In this document: positions 23,349 to 35,837 of the stretch, one piece after another | How positions within the stretch are numbered: position 1 is the first letter of the stretch | How the letters are laid out: each line of letters begins with the position of its first letter | Assembly (NCBI GenBank): GCA_963514005.1 | Contig: OY740813.1 | Span: 10,168,001-10,232,000, forward strand | DNA from: Raja brachyura | Lineage: Eukaryota | Length of the DNA stretch: 64,000 bases | Reading direction: 5' to 3' | Made by a program: the position numbers and the translations under genes | Notes under the pieces: generated by a model | Told to the model about the DNA's origin: nothing | Seen by the model: the letters and a program-made list of their open reading frames with translations, nothing else | Database searches by the model: none

Positions 23349-24818
23349 GTAAAGATCTGTAAACTTTGAAACCTAGCCAAGTTGAATCGCGGGCATCAAA
23401 TCACAAGGTTCCTGAGCAGAAAATAATTGGTGAAAATCTATGAACAAAATGTAAATAGTTGGATTTATCAATAAGACAGACATTAACTTTAGAGAGAAAT
23501 GGGATTAACATTAGAGATTTCGGCTCGTATCTGTCATTCATTGTCTAGACGTGAAACATAGAAACAAGGCACTGCAGATGCTGATTTACAAAGTAAGACA
23601 CAAAGTGCTTGAGTAACTCAACAGGTCAGGCAGCATTGGTTTGCAAAACATTTTTGCAAATGAAAAATAGCTAACAGCTCAGAGGTTAAGGCGTTCAACA
23701 TACCAAAGAGGTTAAGTAGTAGATACGTTAAAAGAAAATGAAGACTATAGACCAGCGGAGGGTGGGAGCTCATTATGTAAAGCTCTAGATAAGATCCACT
23801 TAGTGCCGTGTGTTCAGTCTGAGAATTGCACTTCATTAAGTGTGCATTTGTATTGTATGGGATGCAGTGCTAACTAGGCAAGAGTTTTACCATCACAGAA
23901 CTATAATGAGCAACTGGACTGATCATGTAGATCACGGTTCAAGTTTCTTCTCTCCAGAGATGCTGCCTGTTCTGCTGCGTTACTCCAGCATTTTGTGTCC
24001 ATCTTTGTGGTGTCAGCCAGTATCTGCAGTTTCTTCTTACACGGTTGAAGTGTAAATTGCTGATTTCTCCTCTCGTATCCCTTGCAATATGTCTAAAGTG
24101 AACGTCAGCATATGTGGATGCAATGTAAAGCCATGTGGCATATAATAAAGTCAAATAATTTTGTGGTCTTTTGTGCCATTATGTCTGTATCCTATTTACT
24201 TCCGCATGTCTTCCTATTTACTAATGTTCTATTTCTTGATTGCTGTGCTGGTGTTGCTGATGGGTCGTTGCAAGAGAAGATCTCGATTAGAGCTTTCTGC
24301 TGTACCTAATGTATAGCAACTTATTTAAAACTATTTCCTGTATCCTAACACTATGTGACCAATGACCTACTTTGGCTCCAGGTTTAGCGATGACCGTTTG
24401 AAAATTCTCATCATTCTTTACAGGTTCCTCTATGCTCTTTGGTTTCCCCTTCTCAAATTTACAATATCCTTCACAAATTTGAGTTCCCTAAGTACACGCA
24501 CTCGGCCTCCTCTGATTTATTTGTACCAGGCTTGGCTACTGAATTTTCAGCTGCCTTTAACCTTTTCTCTGGAGTACCCCTCCCAATCTCTCTGATCTCT
24601 ACCTTCTTCCTGCTCCACGTCTCTAAGTTATTGCCCATTTGTTCTAAAATTACTTTGTTGCTCGGTGTGAAGTATTAGCATTGCACTTGAGCATCAATGT
24701 GATGTTTTGATATCTCGTGGCTATAAACATTTCCCCTGTATAAGTTTTATTGCTAGATTAATTTGTCGAAAGATGGAAGGGGTGTTTGCTGAATTATCGC
24801 TATTCCTTAATTCCACAG

Positions 24819-24954
24819 AGTCCTAAGGGAGCAGTCTTTGGCTCTTCAGCTGCTGGGTCTGGATTCTTCAGTGGACTGGGAGGGAAGCCAAACCTGGATG
24901 CAGCTGGTAAAAATCCATTTGGCCAAATAAATTTTGGAAATGTTGACTCTCCAA
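24819..24954 (+). CDS. NUP214: NUP214 FG-repeat exon
   Basis: [21 protein letters not shown] (human [20 protein letters not shown]); ccacAG/GTaagt; 136 nt. Confidence 0.96.
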
Positions 24955-25084
24955 GTAAGTTCAAGTTTTTGTCCTGGGGACTTGCATGGTTCAAGGGAGG
25001 GAGTTGGTGTTCAGAACTTGTGTGTTCATGTAGCTGTCATACACTGATTTGATTAATTTGCTTGAGGACATTCTCCCTTCCATT

Positions 25085-25262
25085 TACACTTCATGTTGCT
25101 TAAGCAAGGCCACCAGCATAATCAAGTACCAGTCTATCCCTGTTCGCTCCCTCTTCTCCCCTTTTCCATTCAGCAAGAGGTACAGAAGTTTGAAAATGCA
25201 TACCTCCAGATTCAGGGACAGTTTATTCCCAGCTGTTATCAGGCAACTGAATGGTCCTCTCA
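25085..25262 (+). mobile_element. Rex1/Babar-like LINE 3' fragment
   Basis: CLSKATSIIK...SLFSP...KRYRSLK.HTSRFRDS.FPAVIRQLN, the typical Rex1 C-terminus. Confidence 0.75.
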
Positions 25263-27937
25263 TCAGCTTGAGTACGATCCAGCCCTTCATTCTACCTCAC
25301 GAAATATTGCAAGTTTGTTACATTGATGTTGTTGGAAGACTAACTTGGATAAGAAGTTGCAGATTGAGGTTATAAACTAGTCCCCAATTGAAGATGTAGG
25401 TCAGTAACCGTAGAAGTAGTATTCAGTTTAGTTTATAGTCACATGTACTGAAGTACAGTGAAAAGTTATTGTTATGTGCTAACCAGCCAGTGGAAAGACA
25501 ATACATGATTACAATCGAATCATTCACGGTGTATAGATGCGTGATAATGGAATAAATTTAATGCAAGGTAAAGTCCGATCAAAGATTGTCCAAGAGTCCC
25601 TCAGGCAATTCTGAATGTTGTGGGCTTAAATTTCCAATCCAGCCATCTCAGGACAAATTCTAAGGTGACATTGTGCTAAATGTTCGAGGTGCCACCTTTT
25701 AGATGAAACACTAAATCAAGCCATACCTGGAATGGATTTATAAGGTCATATTGTATTATTTAAAGCAGCAGGCAACGTTTTTCTGCATTTCTCCTCAACC
25801 AACATTATCAAATAAATTATTATGGCATTATCTCGTAACCTTTTGTAAGAGCTGTCTGTACAGAAATTGACTGCTGTGTTTCATATTGAATTGTGACTAC
25901 ACTTTTGGACATTATGCAAATAGCTGTAGAAATAACGTTTTTTTAAACTGATAGCATGATAAAAATGAGGAAAATTGTACATTTTGTAACTTGGTTTGAT
26001 CCTGTGTCTTGTTCTGTATCTTTTAGAGACTACCCATTTAAACATTTGCCAAAGGCAGCAATCTTGGCTAAATCTTATCCACTTTTATCAGTGATACTAT
26101 ATAAATTAAAAGGTGTGGGTTTATCAATCCTTGTCAATTATCCTTTCTTGGATGCTTCGCTCTGCTCCCATTTATTTAGTAAACCATGCACTGGAGCACC
26201 CAGATCCCTCGGAATGTCACTCATTTGCAGTCTCACTCTGTTTAAAAAATAATCCATCTTTTGACACTTCTTCCCAAAGTGCATTACCTCATAATTTCCC
26301 AAATTAAATTCCAGTGGAATTTTGGACGGTGACATCTGATACATCTAGAATTTCTATAGTGGCCTCTTTTAAACTCCAATGATGCTGGTCATCGTATTCC
26401 ATGGATTTAACAACTCTCTCTGTTCATTTTTCCGGTGCTACTTTAAAACAAATACAATAATACTCTCTGTGTGCTATTCAGCATCTGCCTCACTTAGTGG
26501 GGTCTTGGCTCCTGCACTCCATTTCACTTACCAGGGCCCTGGTTCCTACGTTCCTTTACTGGGTTCACTGGTGAATTTGTTATTCCGCAGTGGAAGTTTT
26601 TGAAGTGGGTTGGGTTATTAATGAGAATAACATATAGTATTCTGGAAAATCAGCTCGTCTGGCACTATCAAAGTTCCGAGCATTTCAGATGAATAGAGTT
26701 TTATTAAAATTCTAATTTCTTTGAATGCTTCATTTACACAAGACTTGTAGTACATCACAATTTCCAAGTATTGGTTTTGTGTCCTTAGTCAAGACAGAAA
26801 CAAAGTATTTAATTTCTCTTAGTCACTAATATAATTTCTTCAATCTCAGTGTGTCAATGTCTTGCATTAAATTTTACTAATATTTTTATTTTTGCATAAA
26901 TCTATCCTTGTGTTTCTTGGGATATGTAAAATTCGGGTTCATCCTTAAAATGTAGCGTCAGCAATTCAGTATAGATAAGAACAAAAATTGCCATGGGGGG
27001 GTGAACTTTTGTAATTCTCTATCCAAGGGAGTTGTGGAGACTCAGTCTTCTCAAGATAGATTGATAGATTTGTAAATGTTAAGGGAGTTGTCGTTTTGGG
27101 ATTGATGCTTGAAAATGGGTCTGGGAAGATCAGCTGTTTTCTGAGGAAAGGAAAGCTTTGGCCTTTTTTGTTTTGCATCATTTGCTAATAAATTCTGAAT
27201 GCAGTAGAGCATGGTGCAACATCAAAAAACATTCCCATTTCACATTTGTGGAAGCAGGGTCTTTGATGCTGCTGAAAATAGTCAGTTCCGACATTATCCC
27301 CTGAGCAACGTTTGCCCATCAAAAGCTGTAATCATTTCCCCCCCATGGATAAAGCCTGACTGTATTGACAACAGCAATATCAAGGCTCTCTATGTCAAAC
27401 TTGGTCAAAGACGGACATTCTCACTTCACATCTGGATTATAGCTCTATTCCACGTTTGGATCAAGAATGTGATGAGTTCTGGTGCCAAGTTGTCATGGAA
27501 AAACTCAAAGTTGGCATTGGTGTGGCGTGTATTGACACTTTGTGCATGATTGAGAGGAGGCCAATTTGGTGGGAGTTAGATTGAACAGACTGCAACGGGA
27601 CAATTTTCCATGTTGGCTGCCAACGGTTGATTAGTAGGACTGGATGTTACAATACCTAAGATTTTCCCTACAATTGACATTCTTGGGGATGACCACTAAT
27701 ATCAATCAACGATACAGTATTGAAAACTGGAGATGCTTAATTCATTTCGAAGTGGCAAGTAATCTATAATTTAGTAATGCTGCTTCAAACTTGAATATAA
27801 ATTAAGAACAGGAAAAGGCTGTTTCACTCTGAGCCTGCTCCAATGCTCAATAAAATGATGGCTAACCTGAACACAACTCTGCATTCCCACCTATCCAAAT
27901 AATATTTCACCTTATCTAGAATCCATCTGCCATTGTC

Positions 27938-28165
27938 TCTTTAGTCAGAGGGTGGTAAATCTGTGGAATTATTTGCCCCAGAAGGTTGTGGAGGCCAAAT
28001 CAGTGGATATTTTTTAAGGCAGAGATAGATAGATTCTTGATTAGTACAGATGTCATAGGTTATGGGCAGGAGAACGGTTCGCGGTTAGGAGGGAGAGATA
28101 GATCGGTCATGATTGAATGGCGGAGTGGACTTGATGGGCCGAATGGCCTAATTCTACTCCTTAAG
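27938..28165 (+). mobile_element. CR1 3' end
   Basis: tttagtcagagggtggtaaatctgtggaat...FKAEIDRFL...gggccgaatggcctaattctactcc. Confidence 0.8.
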
Positions 28166-29306
28166 ACCGTTTGAAATATTGAAAGACTGCTTCCACAGTC
28201 ATCTGATGAAAAGAATTTCAAAGACTCCTGGACGACTGATAGAGAAAAATAATTGAATGGACTGTTATCTCAGACCCTTAATTTTTAACGGTAACCCCTT
28301 CTGGGATCACCCACATCTCCACATTTGCTCTGTCACAATCCCTCAGGAACTTGTCTAATTGAAACATGTCCCTCCCACCTTTTAAAATTCCAGTAAATAA
28401 AGCAAGCGCAGGTCATCCAAACTTCCCTTTCAAGACAACTTATCCATTCCAGATATTAGTACAGTAAACCTTCTTTGAATTTTTTTGTATTACGTTAACC
28501 TGCTTAAATAAGGCAACCAATGTGTTCCGATGTGGTTTCATGACTGATCACTATAAAATGAAACATGAAGCATTATTTTCTGTCCAATTTCCTGGGAAAT
28601 ATAAAGTTACATTGGTATTTAATTGCTGTATCCACATATTAACTTCTGCAAATTGCAGTACTTGGATCCCCTGCATCTCAGAGCTCTGTTCCTGTCACAT
28701 CTTGGGTAAACAGCATTTTTATTCTTCCTACCAACAAGGACAATATCTGATATAACTGTATTGTGCTCTCCATTTGCCAGATCTTTGTCCATTAAAGTAG
28801 ACTACCCATAGCCCTTTGTAGTTGCAAATATTAAAAAAAACTGCTAATGTTGGCAGATACTGGAAATACTCAGCAGATCAGACAACAGGGAGAGAGAAAC
28901 AAAAAGAAGATTTTGGATCCATTATATTTTGCTCTCAAGGCTGTAAGTACATATTCTAGCCTGCCACTTAACGTATTTTCATATTGATGGAAGCCTCAAC
29001 GTTCAGATAACACCTGAAACCTAGGGCTTAAAACTATTTGAAATTCATCCAGTGAAAATCAAATTATCACACTAGGCCTCACTCCCCATTTGAAAAGTCC
29101 TACTGCATGAAATTACCTGTCATTCAGCAAGGAAATTAAAAGGGGAAAGGTACAGAGCTAGCAAAACTATCCTGTCTTTTAAATCACAAACCTATAGTGA
29201 GTTCTGCTGAAATCAGTTGGACAAAATGTATGATAGGATATAAATTGGGAGAATGATGCCAAGTGGGTTTGAGTTGTAGCTCTGATGATGTGTATGCTCT
29301 TTACAG

Positions 29307-29462
29307 GTGCAGCCAATCTGTTTGGCAACAGTGGTGCGAAGGCGTTCGGATTTAACCCTGCCACTTTTGGATCAGATCAGAAGTCTCCAGGCTCGTTCAG
29401 TGCCGGATCCAGTGTAGCCGCCCAAGGATTTGGCTCCTTTTCCAGTCCACCAAAACCTGCAG
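29307..29462 (+). CDS. NUP214: NUP214 FG-repeat exon (CRM1-binding region)
   Basis: [13 protein letters not shown]...SVAAQGFG (human [12 protein letters not shown]...SVASQGFG); ttacAG/GTaatt; 156 nt. Confidence 0.96.
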
Positions 29463-29559
29463 GTAATTAGGATGGGTCGTTTGAGGCATGGTGGCATCTT
29501 CTGAAAAGGTGATCGATGAAAGAGGAGGCTGTGTTTTGGGGAGTATAATGAAAGACCAG

Positions 29560-29835
29560 GGTTGCGCATCTGTAGAGTTGCTACCTTACAGAACCAGAGA
29601 TCCGGGTTCATTCCCGACTACGGGTGCTGCCGTTACAGACTTTGCACATTCTCCATGTGACTGAGTGCGTTTTCTCCAGGGGCTCTGATTTCCTTCCAAA
29701 TTCTAAAGACGTGCAGGTTTGTAGGTTAATTCGCTTCTGTAAATTGTCCCTCGTGTAGGATTGAACAAGTGTATGGGCGATTGCTGGTCGGCATGGTCTT
29801 GATGGGCCGAAGGTCCTGTTTCCACGCTGTATTCC
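29560..29835 (+). mobile_element. V-SINE
   Basis: Same head/core/tail as the other copies. Confidence 0.78.
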
Positions 29836-30205
29836 ACGCAACCATCTTGGAGAAATGCTCTGTTTTGCTTGGGATTGGAAAGTGGTTTGAAAGACACTGC
29901 CTATAATAGAATTCTAATTCTTGTTGACTGATATTTTTGAAATAACCAAAAAAAAAATTGTTTAATAAATAATTTACCTGAATATTATAAATTTGTCAAC
30001 ACAAGATCCCAGTCCTGAGATATTTGATTCTTCCTTTGACACTTCCCTTGTCATTTTGACCTCATCCTCAACTCACTCTTTACCTCCCATCATCCTGCCT
30101 GTGCCACATGCCATCCCCACTGTTTTATATGGAATAGTTTGGTAATGGAATGATCATATCTTGTAATTCCTCCATCATGATATCTTGCTCTTCTGTTCTG
30201 CTCAG

Positions 30206-30377
30206 GAAGTTTTGGTGCTGCTCCAGTGTTTGGAAGTCCTCCAGCCTTCGGGGGTGGCCCATCCTTCGGTGGATCGCCAGCGTTTGGTGGGGCACCAAGT
30301 TTTGCATCTCCAATGACTTCTTCAGGAGGCAAAGTGTTTGGTGAAGGAACAGCAGCTGCCAGTGCCGGAGGGTTTGG
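30206..30377 (+). CDS. NUP214: NUP214 FG-repeat exon
   Basis: [31 protein letters not shown]...[17 protein letters not shown], nearly identical to human; ctcAG/GTgagc; 172 nt. Confidence 0.97.
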
Positions 30378-30418
30378 GTGAGCCAATATTTGTGGGTGTT
30401 GGGGGAAGCAAAAGGAGG

Positions 30419-30540
30419 GAGGGTCTCGACCCAAAACCTCGGCTATTCCTTCTTTCCATAGATGCTGCCACACTCGCTGAGTTCCTCCAGTATTTTTGTC
30501 TTCCTTCAATTTTTCCAGCATCTGCAGTTCTTTCTTAAAC
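30419..30540 (+). mobile_element. Short Penelope-derived insertion (opposite orientation)
   Basis: gggtctcgacccaaaac...gatgctgcc...gagttcctccag...cagcatctgcagttctttc, reverse complement of the same unit. Confidence 0.7.
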
Positions 30541-31107
30541 GAGTATCTGCATATGCTCTCTGAGTGACATATTGCATAATTTGCAATCAGAGTCCTACAT
30601 GAATTTATCATGACTTGAGAGAAGTCTCATAAAATGTACATTTTGTTCTACTTTATGCATTGGTTGGCTTCTGCATCATACGCCAATCACCCCTGAATCG
30701 TACATAGAATAGTGCAACACAGGAACAGGCCCTTCAGCCCACAATGTTTGTGCTGAATACGATGCCAAAAATCCCAATCCATTTGCCTTTAGGCCCTTGT
30801 TGAGTTCATTTTATTCACCTCGTCTTTCTCATTTTACCTTGGTCTCAAAGCTAATAAAACTACTGACCATCCAATTAGAACTGGTTCTGTCCACTTGGTA
30901 GTTTTAAAGACCCATCGTTTCCCACTCCAAAAAAGAAAAATCATATTCCTTCCAGAATAGCTCTTGATGGCTTTGAATTGACTGGTCCTCTACTGGAAAG
31001 AAGGTTGGACATCTTCACAAAAGGTACACTGGAAAGCCGGGACCCTGTACACACCTCTACTGCTCCACTTTGCGCCCAGAACCACAGCACAAAGACCATT
31101 CTATATA

Positions 31108-32706
31108 CAGTGGCTTGCAAAAGTTTTCATACCCCTTGACCTTTTCCACATTTTGTCATTTACAACCACAAATGCAAATGTATTTTATTGGGATTTTATG
31201 TGATAGACCAACACAAAGTGGTGCATAATTGTGAAGTGGAAGGAAAATGAGACATGGTTTCCAAATTTTATTACAAATAAAAAAACTGAAAAGTGTGGCG
31301 TGCAAAAGTATTCAGCCCCCCTGAGCCAATACTTTGTAGAACCACCTTTCGCTGCAATTACAGCTGCACGTCTTTTGGGGTATGTCTCTACCAGCTTTGC
31401 ACACCTAGAGACTGACATTTTTGCCCATTCTTCTTTGCAAAATAGCTCGAGCTCAGTCAGATTGGATGGAGAGCGTCTGTGAACAGCAATTTTCAAGTCT
31501 TGCCAGAGATTCTCAATTGGATTTAGGTCTAGACTTTGACTGGGCCATTCTAACACATGAATATGCTTTGATCTAAACCATTCCATTGTAGCTCTGGCTG
31601 TATGTTTAGGGTCGTTGTCCTGCTGGAAGGTGAACCTCCGCCCCAGTCTCAAGTCTTTTGCAGACTCTAACAGGTTTTCTTCCAAGATTGCCCTGTATTT
31701 GGCTCCATCCATCTTCCCATCAACTCTGACCAGCTTCTCTGTCCCTGCTGAAGAAAAGCATCCCAACAGCATGATGCTGCCACCACCATATGGGGATGGT
31801 GTGTTCAGGGTGATGTGCAGTGTTAGTTTTCCGCCACACATAGCATTTTGCATTTAGGCCAAAAACTTCAATTTTGGTCTCATCAGACCAGAGCACCTTC
31901 CTCCACATGTTTGCTGTGTCCCCCCACATGGCTTGTGGCAAACTGCAAACAGGACTTCTTATGGCTTTGTTTCAACAATGGCTTTCTTCTTGCCACTCTT
32001 CCATAAAGGCCCGATTTGTGGAGTGCACGACTAATAGTTGTCCTGTGGACAGATTCTCCCACTTGAACTGTAGATCTCTGCAACAACTCCAGAGTTACCA
32101 TGGGCCTCTTTTGGCGGCTGCTCTGATCAATGCTCTCCTTGCCCGGCCTGTCAGTTTAGGTGGACGGCCATGTCTTGGTAGGTTTGCAGTTGTGCCATAC
32201 TCTTTCCATTTTCGGATGATGGATTGAACACTGCTCCATGAGATGTTCAACGCTTGGGATATTTATTTGTAACCTAACCCTGCTTTAAACTTCTCCACAG
32301 CTTTATCCCTGACCTGTCTGGTGTGTTCCTTGGGCTTCACGATGCTGTTTGTTCACTAATGTTCTCTAACAAACCTCTGAGGCCTTCACAGAACAGCTGT
32401 ATTTATACTGAGATTAGACTACACACAAGTGGACTCTATTTACTAATTAGGTGACTTCTGAAGGCCATTGGTTGCACTGGATTTTATTTAGGGGTATCAG
32501 AGTAAAGAGGGCACGCCACACTTTTCAGTTTTTTATTTGTAAAAACATTTGAAAACCATGTATTATTTTCCTTCCACTTCACAATTATGCGCCACTTTGT
32601 GTTTGTCTATCACATAAAATCCCAATAAAATACATTTACGTTTGTGGTTGTAACGTGACAAAATGTGGAAAAGTTCAAGGGGTATGAAAACTTTTGCAAG
32701 CCACTG
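31108..32706 (-). mobile_element. Full-length Tc1 (DD34E) transposon, Passport-related, inactive
   Basis: TA TSD both sides; about 200-bp IR/DR-type TIRs starting CAGTGGCTTGCAAAAG; transposase motifs [28 protein letters not shown]. Confidence 0.96.
31326..32340 (-). pseudogene. Tc1 transposase pseudogene
   Basis: Start codon mutated to GTG, early TAA, frameshifts (ORF pieces 31883..32101, 31720..31941, 31185..31853), SPDL->SLDL, original stop after GGSTKY changed to TGG. Confidence 0.92.
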
Positions 32707-33460
32707 TACATAGCCAAGCAGTAATAATGCTGTTCAAGTTGCAAATTGTGGTTATTACATGGACAATTGGATTTTGGTTTATGGTCTAATAAGTGGGAGA
32801 ATAAGCTTGAGGGATTGAGTCTATTCCTTTGATGAGATATTCTGTGTAAATGTTTGTGTCGTTCCTGAAAAAATATTGCATATCTTGGGGCCGATATTTA
32901 AAAGTAAGTTCCCTGTGTGCATTACCTCAACATATGTGAGAGAGGGAACTTTTCCTTTATACTAATACAGTTTTAGTTCCGTTTCAGGAAGTCATCAGAC
33001 AGCCAATTCTGTTCATTCCTATTGCTAAATCTAGTTCCCTTATCCTCCTGACAACTTGTGTGCTTGTGTCTTCCATTCTACGCCGAAGGGAAGTCGAATT
33101 AGTGTCATCAAGCAGAATTAGACCAGAGGCCTTAGTCGCTGCAGAAGAAGCATGCATCACAATCTATAAACTCAAAATCAGCACTTTTCTCATTACTGTC
33201 AGGTCAGGCGTTCCATCCTGGTTCATCAGGAGTTCCATCCTGGTATTCTGCATGAAAAGAGCTTTCCAGGAGCAAGATGTTTTTACATTGCAGAACTATT
33301 GGAACTGGATTTATGAATTTTCAATTCTTACCTACACACTTCCCCACATCACAACTGACTTGAAATGTCAGTCAGCGGTTCCTCTGGTTTCACAGCTAAC
33401 GGCAGAAAGCAGCTCCACAATGCCCCTAATCTCAGCACGTGAGTGCGAAAGACAATGATG

Positions 33461-33797
33461 ACCACACGATGGCCTGGTGGCACAGTAGTTGGAACTGCTG
33501 CCTCTCAGCTCTTGGGTCTGACCTTGAGCCGAGGTTCTGTTTTGTTCAGTTTGCTTGTTCTCCCAGTGTATGTGGGCTTCTGCCACGTGCTTCAGTTTCC
33601 CTCCACACTTCAAAGATGTGCTGTTAGGTTAATTGGCTGCTGTAAATTGTGCCATTAGAATAGGTCAATAGCAAAAGAACCAAATTTGGGGAATGTATGG
33701 GAGGGAGAATGAGTTGCAGAATTACAGGAGAAATGAGGGGAATGGGACTAATGGATCCATTCTGTGATCGGACCTAATGGGCTGAATCGACTCCGAT
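33461..33797 (+). mobile_element. Older, diverged V-SINE
   Basis: ggtggcacagtagttggaactgctgcctctcagc head; cagtttccctccacacttcaaagatgtg..gttaggttaattggc core. Confidence 0.6.
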
Positions 33798-34509
33798 GAC
33801 AAGATATGTCAGTAAATCAGAAGTGCCATGTGAACAATCCACATGCTTTCTCTTGAAATTGTTGACAACACAAATGTCAGTCTTCAGATGAGCCAATAGG
33901 TTACATGTGCTATTCGGAAACAACTGATACCACTGGACAAAGGACACACAGCAACCCAGCTGCATTTTAAAGACCTGCAGTCTGAAGCTGCCAAATATTT
34001 TTCGGTATTACAAAATTGACATCCATCTGAAAATGTGATACATTTTCAAAAAAATATCCTATTCACCAAAGTTAGGTGAATTATAAGACTTGTATATTTA
34101 AGTAAAACAAGAGCAGGTAGAGGTCAGTGCATTGTAACTCGCTGCTAAAAAATGAGTGTCATTAAGTGCACCAGAATTTTGACAGAAAGATGGTGATTGG
34201 TTTGTATAAAACCACACAGAGAACAACTGGAAAACTTGTCCATATCAGTGGCAACTTCATCAGCTCCACTCGAAAGAACAGCCAAGTTAACATCCTTCAT
34301 GAGAGGAGATAATAAAAAACAAAGATAACCATAATTTTTGTGGAATCAACATCAACGAGATAAACTGAATGAAGAATTGGTTGAATTTAACTGAAGCTCA
34401 ATCTTTCTTTAACTGAACACATTCTTTTTTGTTCTGATTCTTTTGAATTAGTTGATTTTTCATGGTTTTCAAGTTTGATGACAGCTTGTCTGTTTGAAAC
34501 AATCAGCTG

Positions 34510-34644
34510 GTGTAGGAAAGAACTGCAGATGCTGGTTTAAATCGAAGGTAGACACAAAATGCTGGAGTTACTCAGCGGGACAGGCAGCATCTCTGGAGAG
34601 AAGGAATGGGTGACGTTTCGGGTCAAGACCCTTCTTCAGACTTC
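34510..34644 (-). mobile_element. Short Penelope-derived insertion with hammerhead-like core
   Basis: 13-bp flanking duplication aaacaatcagctg (34497-34509, 34645-34657); intact CTGAAGA-stem-GAAACGTC on the minus strand. Confidence 0.85.
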
Positions 34645-35673
34645 AAACAATCAGCTGTCTCCTCCTTTAATATGTGTCCCACTATTGCAAAGGCCAAGAG
34701 CCTTGATAATATCTCAGCTGTAATACTGAAGATAAAAAAGGACCAGCTACACTTTCAGTTAAATGTATTCACCCCAGCTGCATGACCAGTAACTCCTCAA
34801 AGTGGAGATTTGACCAGGTATGTCCTGCTTGCATTCAGTGTCACCCTAACCATTGACTGGTTTGATTGGTTACACTCATTTTTTTTTTCTTTCTTTTTAA
34901 TGCTTAATTAGGTTCTTTTGCATCTGACCCGGTTTATGCCCTTAGTCTTCTTATAAATGGAAACAAAGTTCCAGACTTAAGAGAGACTGTTCCAATGTGA
35001 AATTATTTGACATCGGGCAGTACGGGGGATCAAGGAGAAATAGTTGCAGGGCATCAATGAGATAATTCTGGTGGTAGATGAAGTGAGACCCTGTTAGTGG
35101 GCAATCATCTCGGCCTTTGACATCATTGCAGGAAATGGGTTGGAGCAGAATCCTTGACCTTCAGCAATCTCATCAGTGACCTTGCCTTTACTAATGAAAC
35201 CAGAAATTGGGATGTTTTGCTCATGATTGCAGAGTTTTCAGTTGGGTTTGCATTTGGCCAGATAAACTGTGTGGGCTGCACTGTCTAGCAATTTCACGGC
35301 CCGGTACTTCAAAGGCTGCGGTGGCGCAAACCCCGTGTTACTGGGACAAACCGCGTGATGTGTAAGACAACATTACTGCAGGAGCACCTTTAACAAATAA
35401 ATTTCATTGGTTCAAGAGGAAGGTCGGCAATTCTTCAGCATCTTTGACTCTGAAATAATTGCTGGCTTTCCCAGTGATGAGTTAGATATTAATATAGCAT
35501 GACAAAAATGGCAGAGTAAATGCTGGAATAACTCAGCAGGAGCATGTGTAGAAAGAGAAACAGAGTTGAGGTTTCTGGTTAATGGTCCTATTGCACTGAG
35601 ACTTTCACACTGAATATTCAAGTGCACTTTCTATATCTCTTCAGTTGTACATAATTGTCCCTGTTTCACACAG

Positions 35674-35837
35674 GTTTGGAAGCAGTCCCAGTGTACAGTC
35701 ATTTGGAAGCCAGTCCCAGTCATTTGGAAGCATAGCAAATCAATCCGGCCCTGCAGTTTTTGGATCAGTGCCCCAACAGGCACCTGGCTTTGGCCAACAG
35801 GGGACTGGCTTTTCGGGCTTTGGATCTAACAGAGGAG
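35674..35837 (+). CDS. NUP214: NUP214 FG-repeat exon
   Basis: FGSSPSVQSFGSQSQSFGSIANQ...FGQQGTGFSGFGSNRG; cacAG/GTaagg; 164 nt, phase 2->1. Confidence 0.94.

Noticed and set aside
30090-30611. 173-aa minus-strand ORF
   Set aside because: It is the antisense of an FG exon joined to a Penelope-derived repeat.
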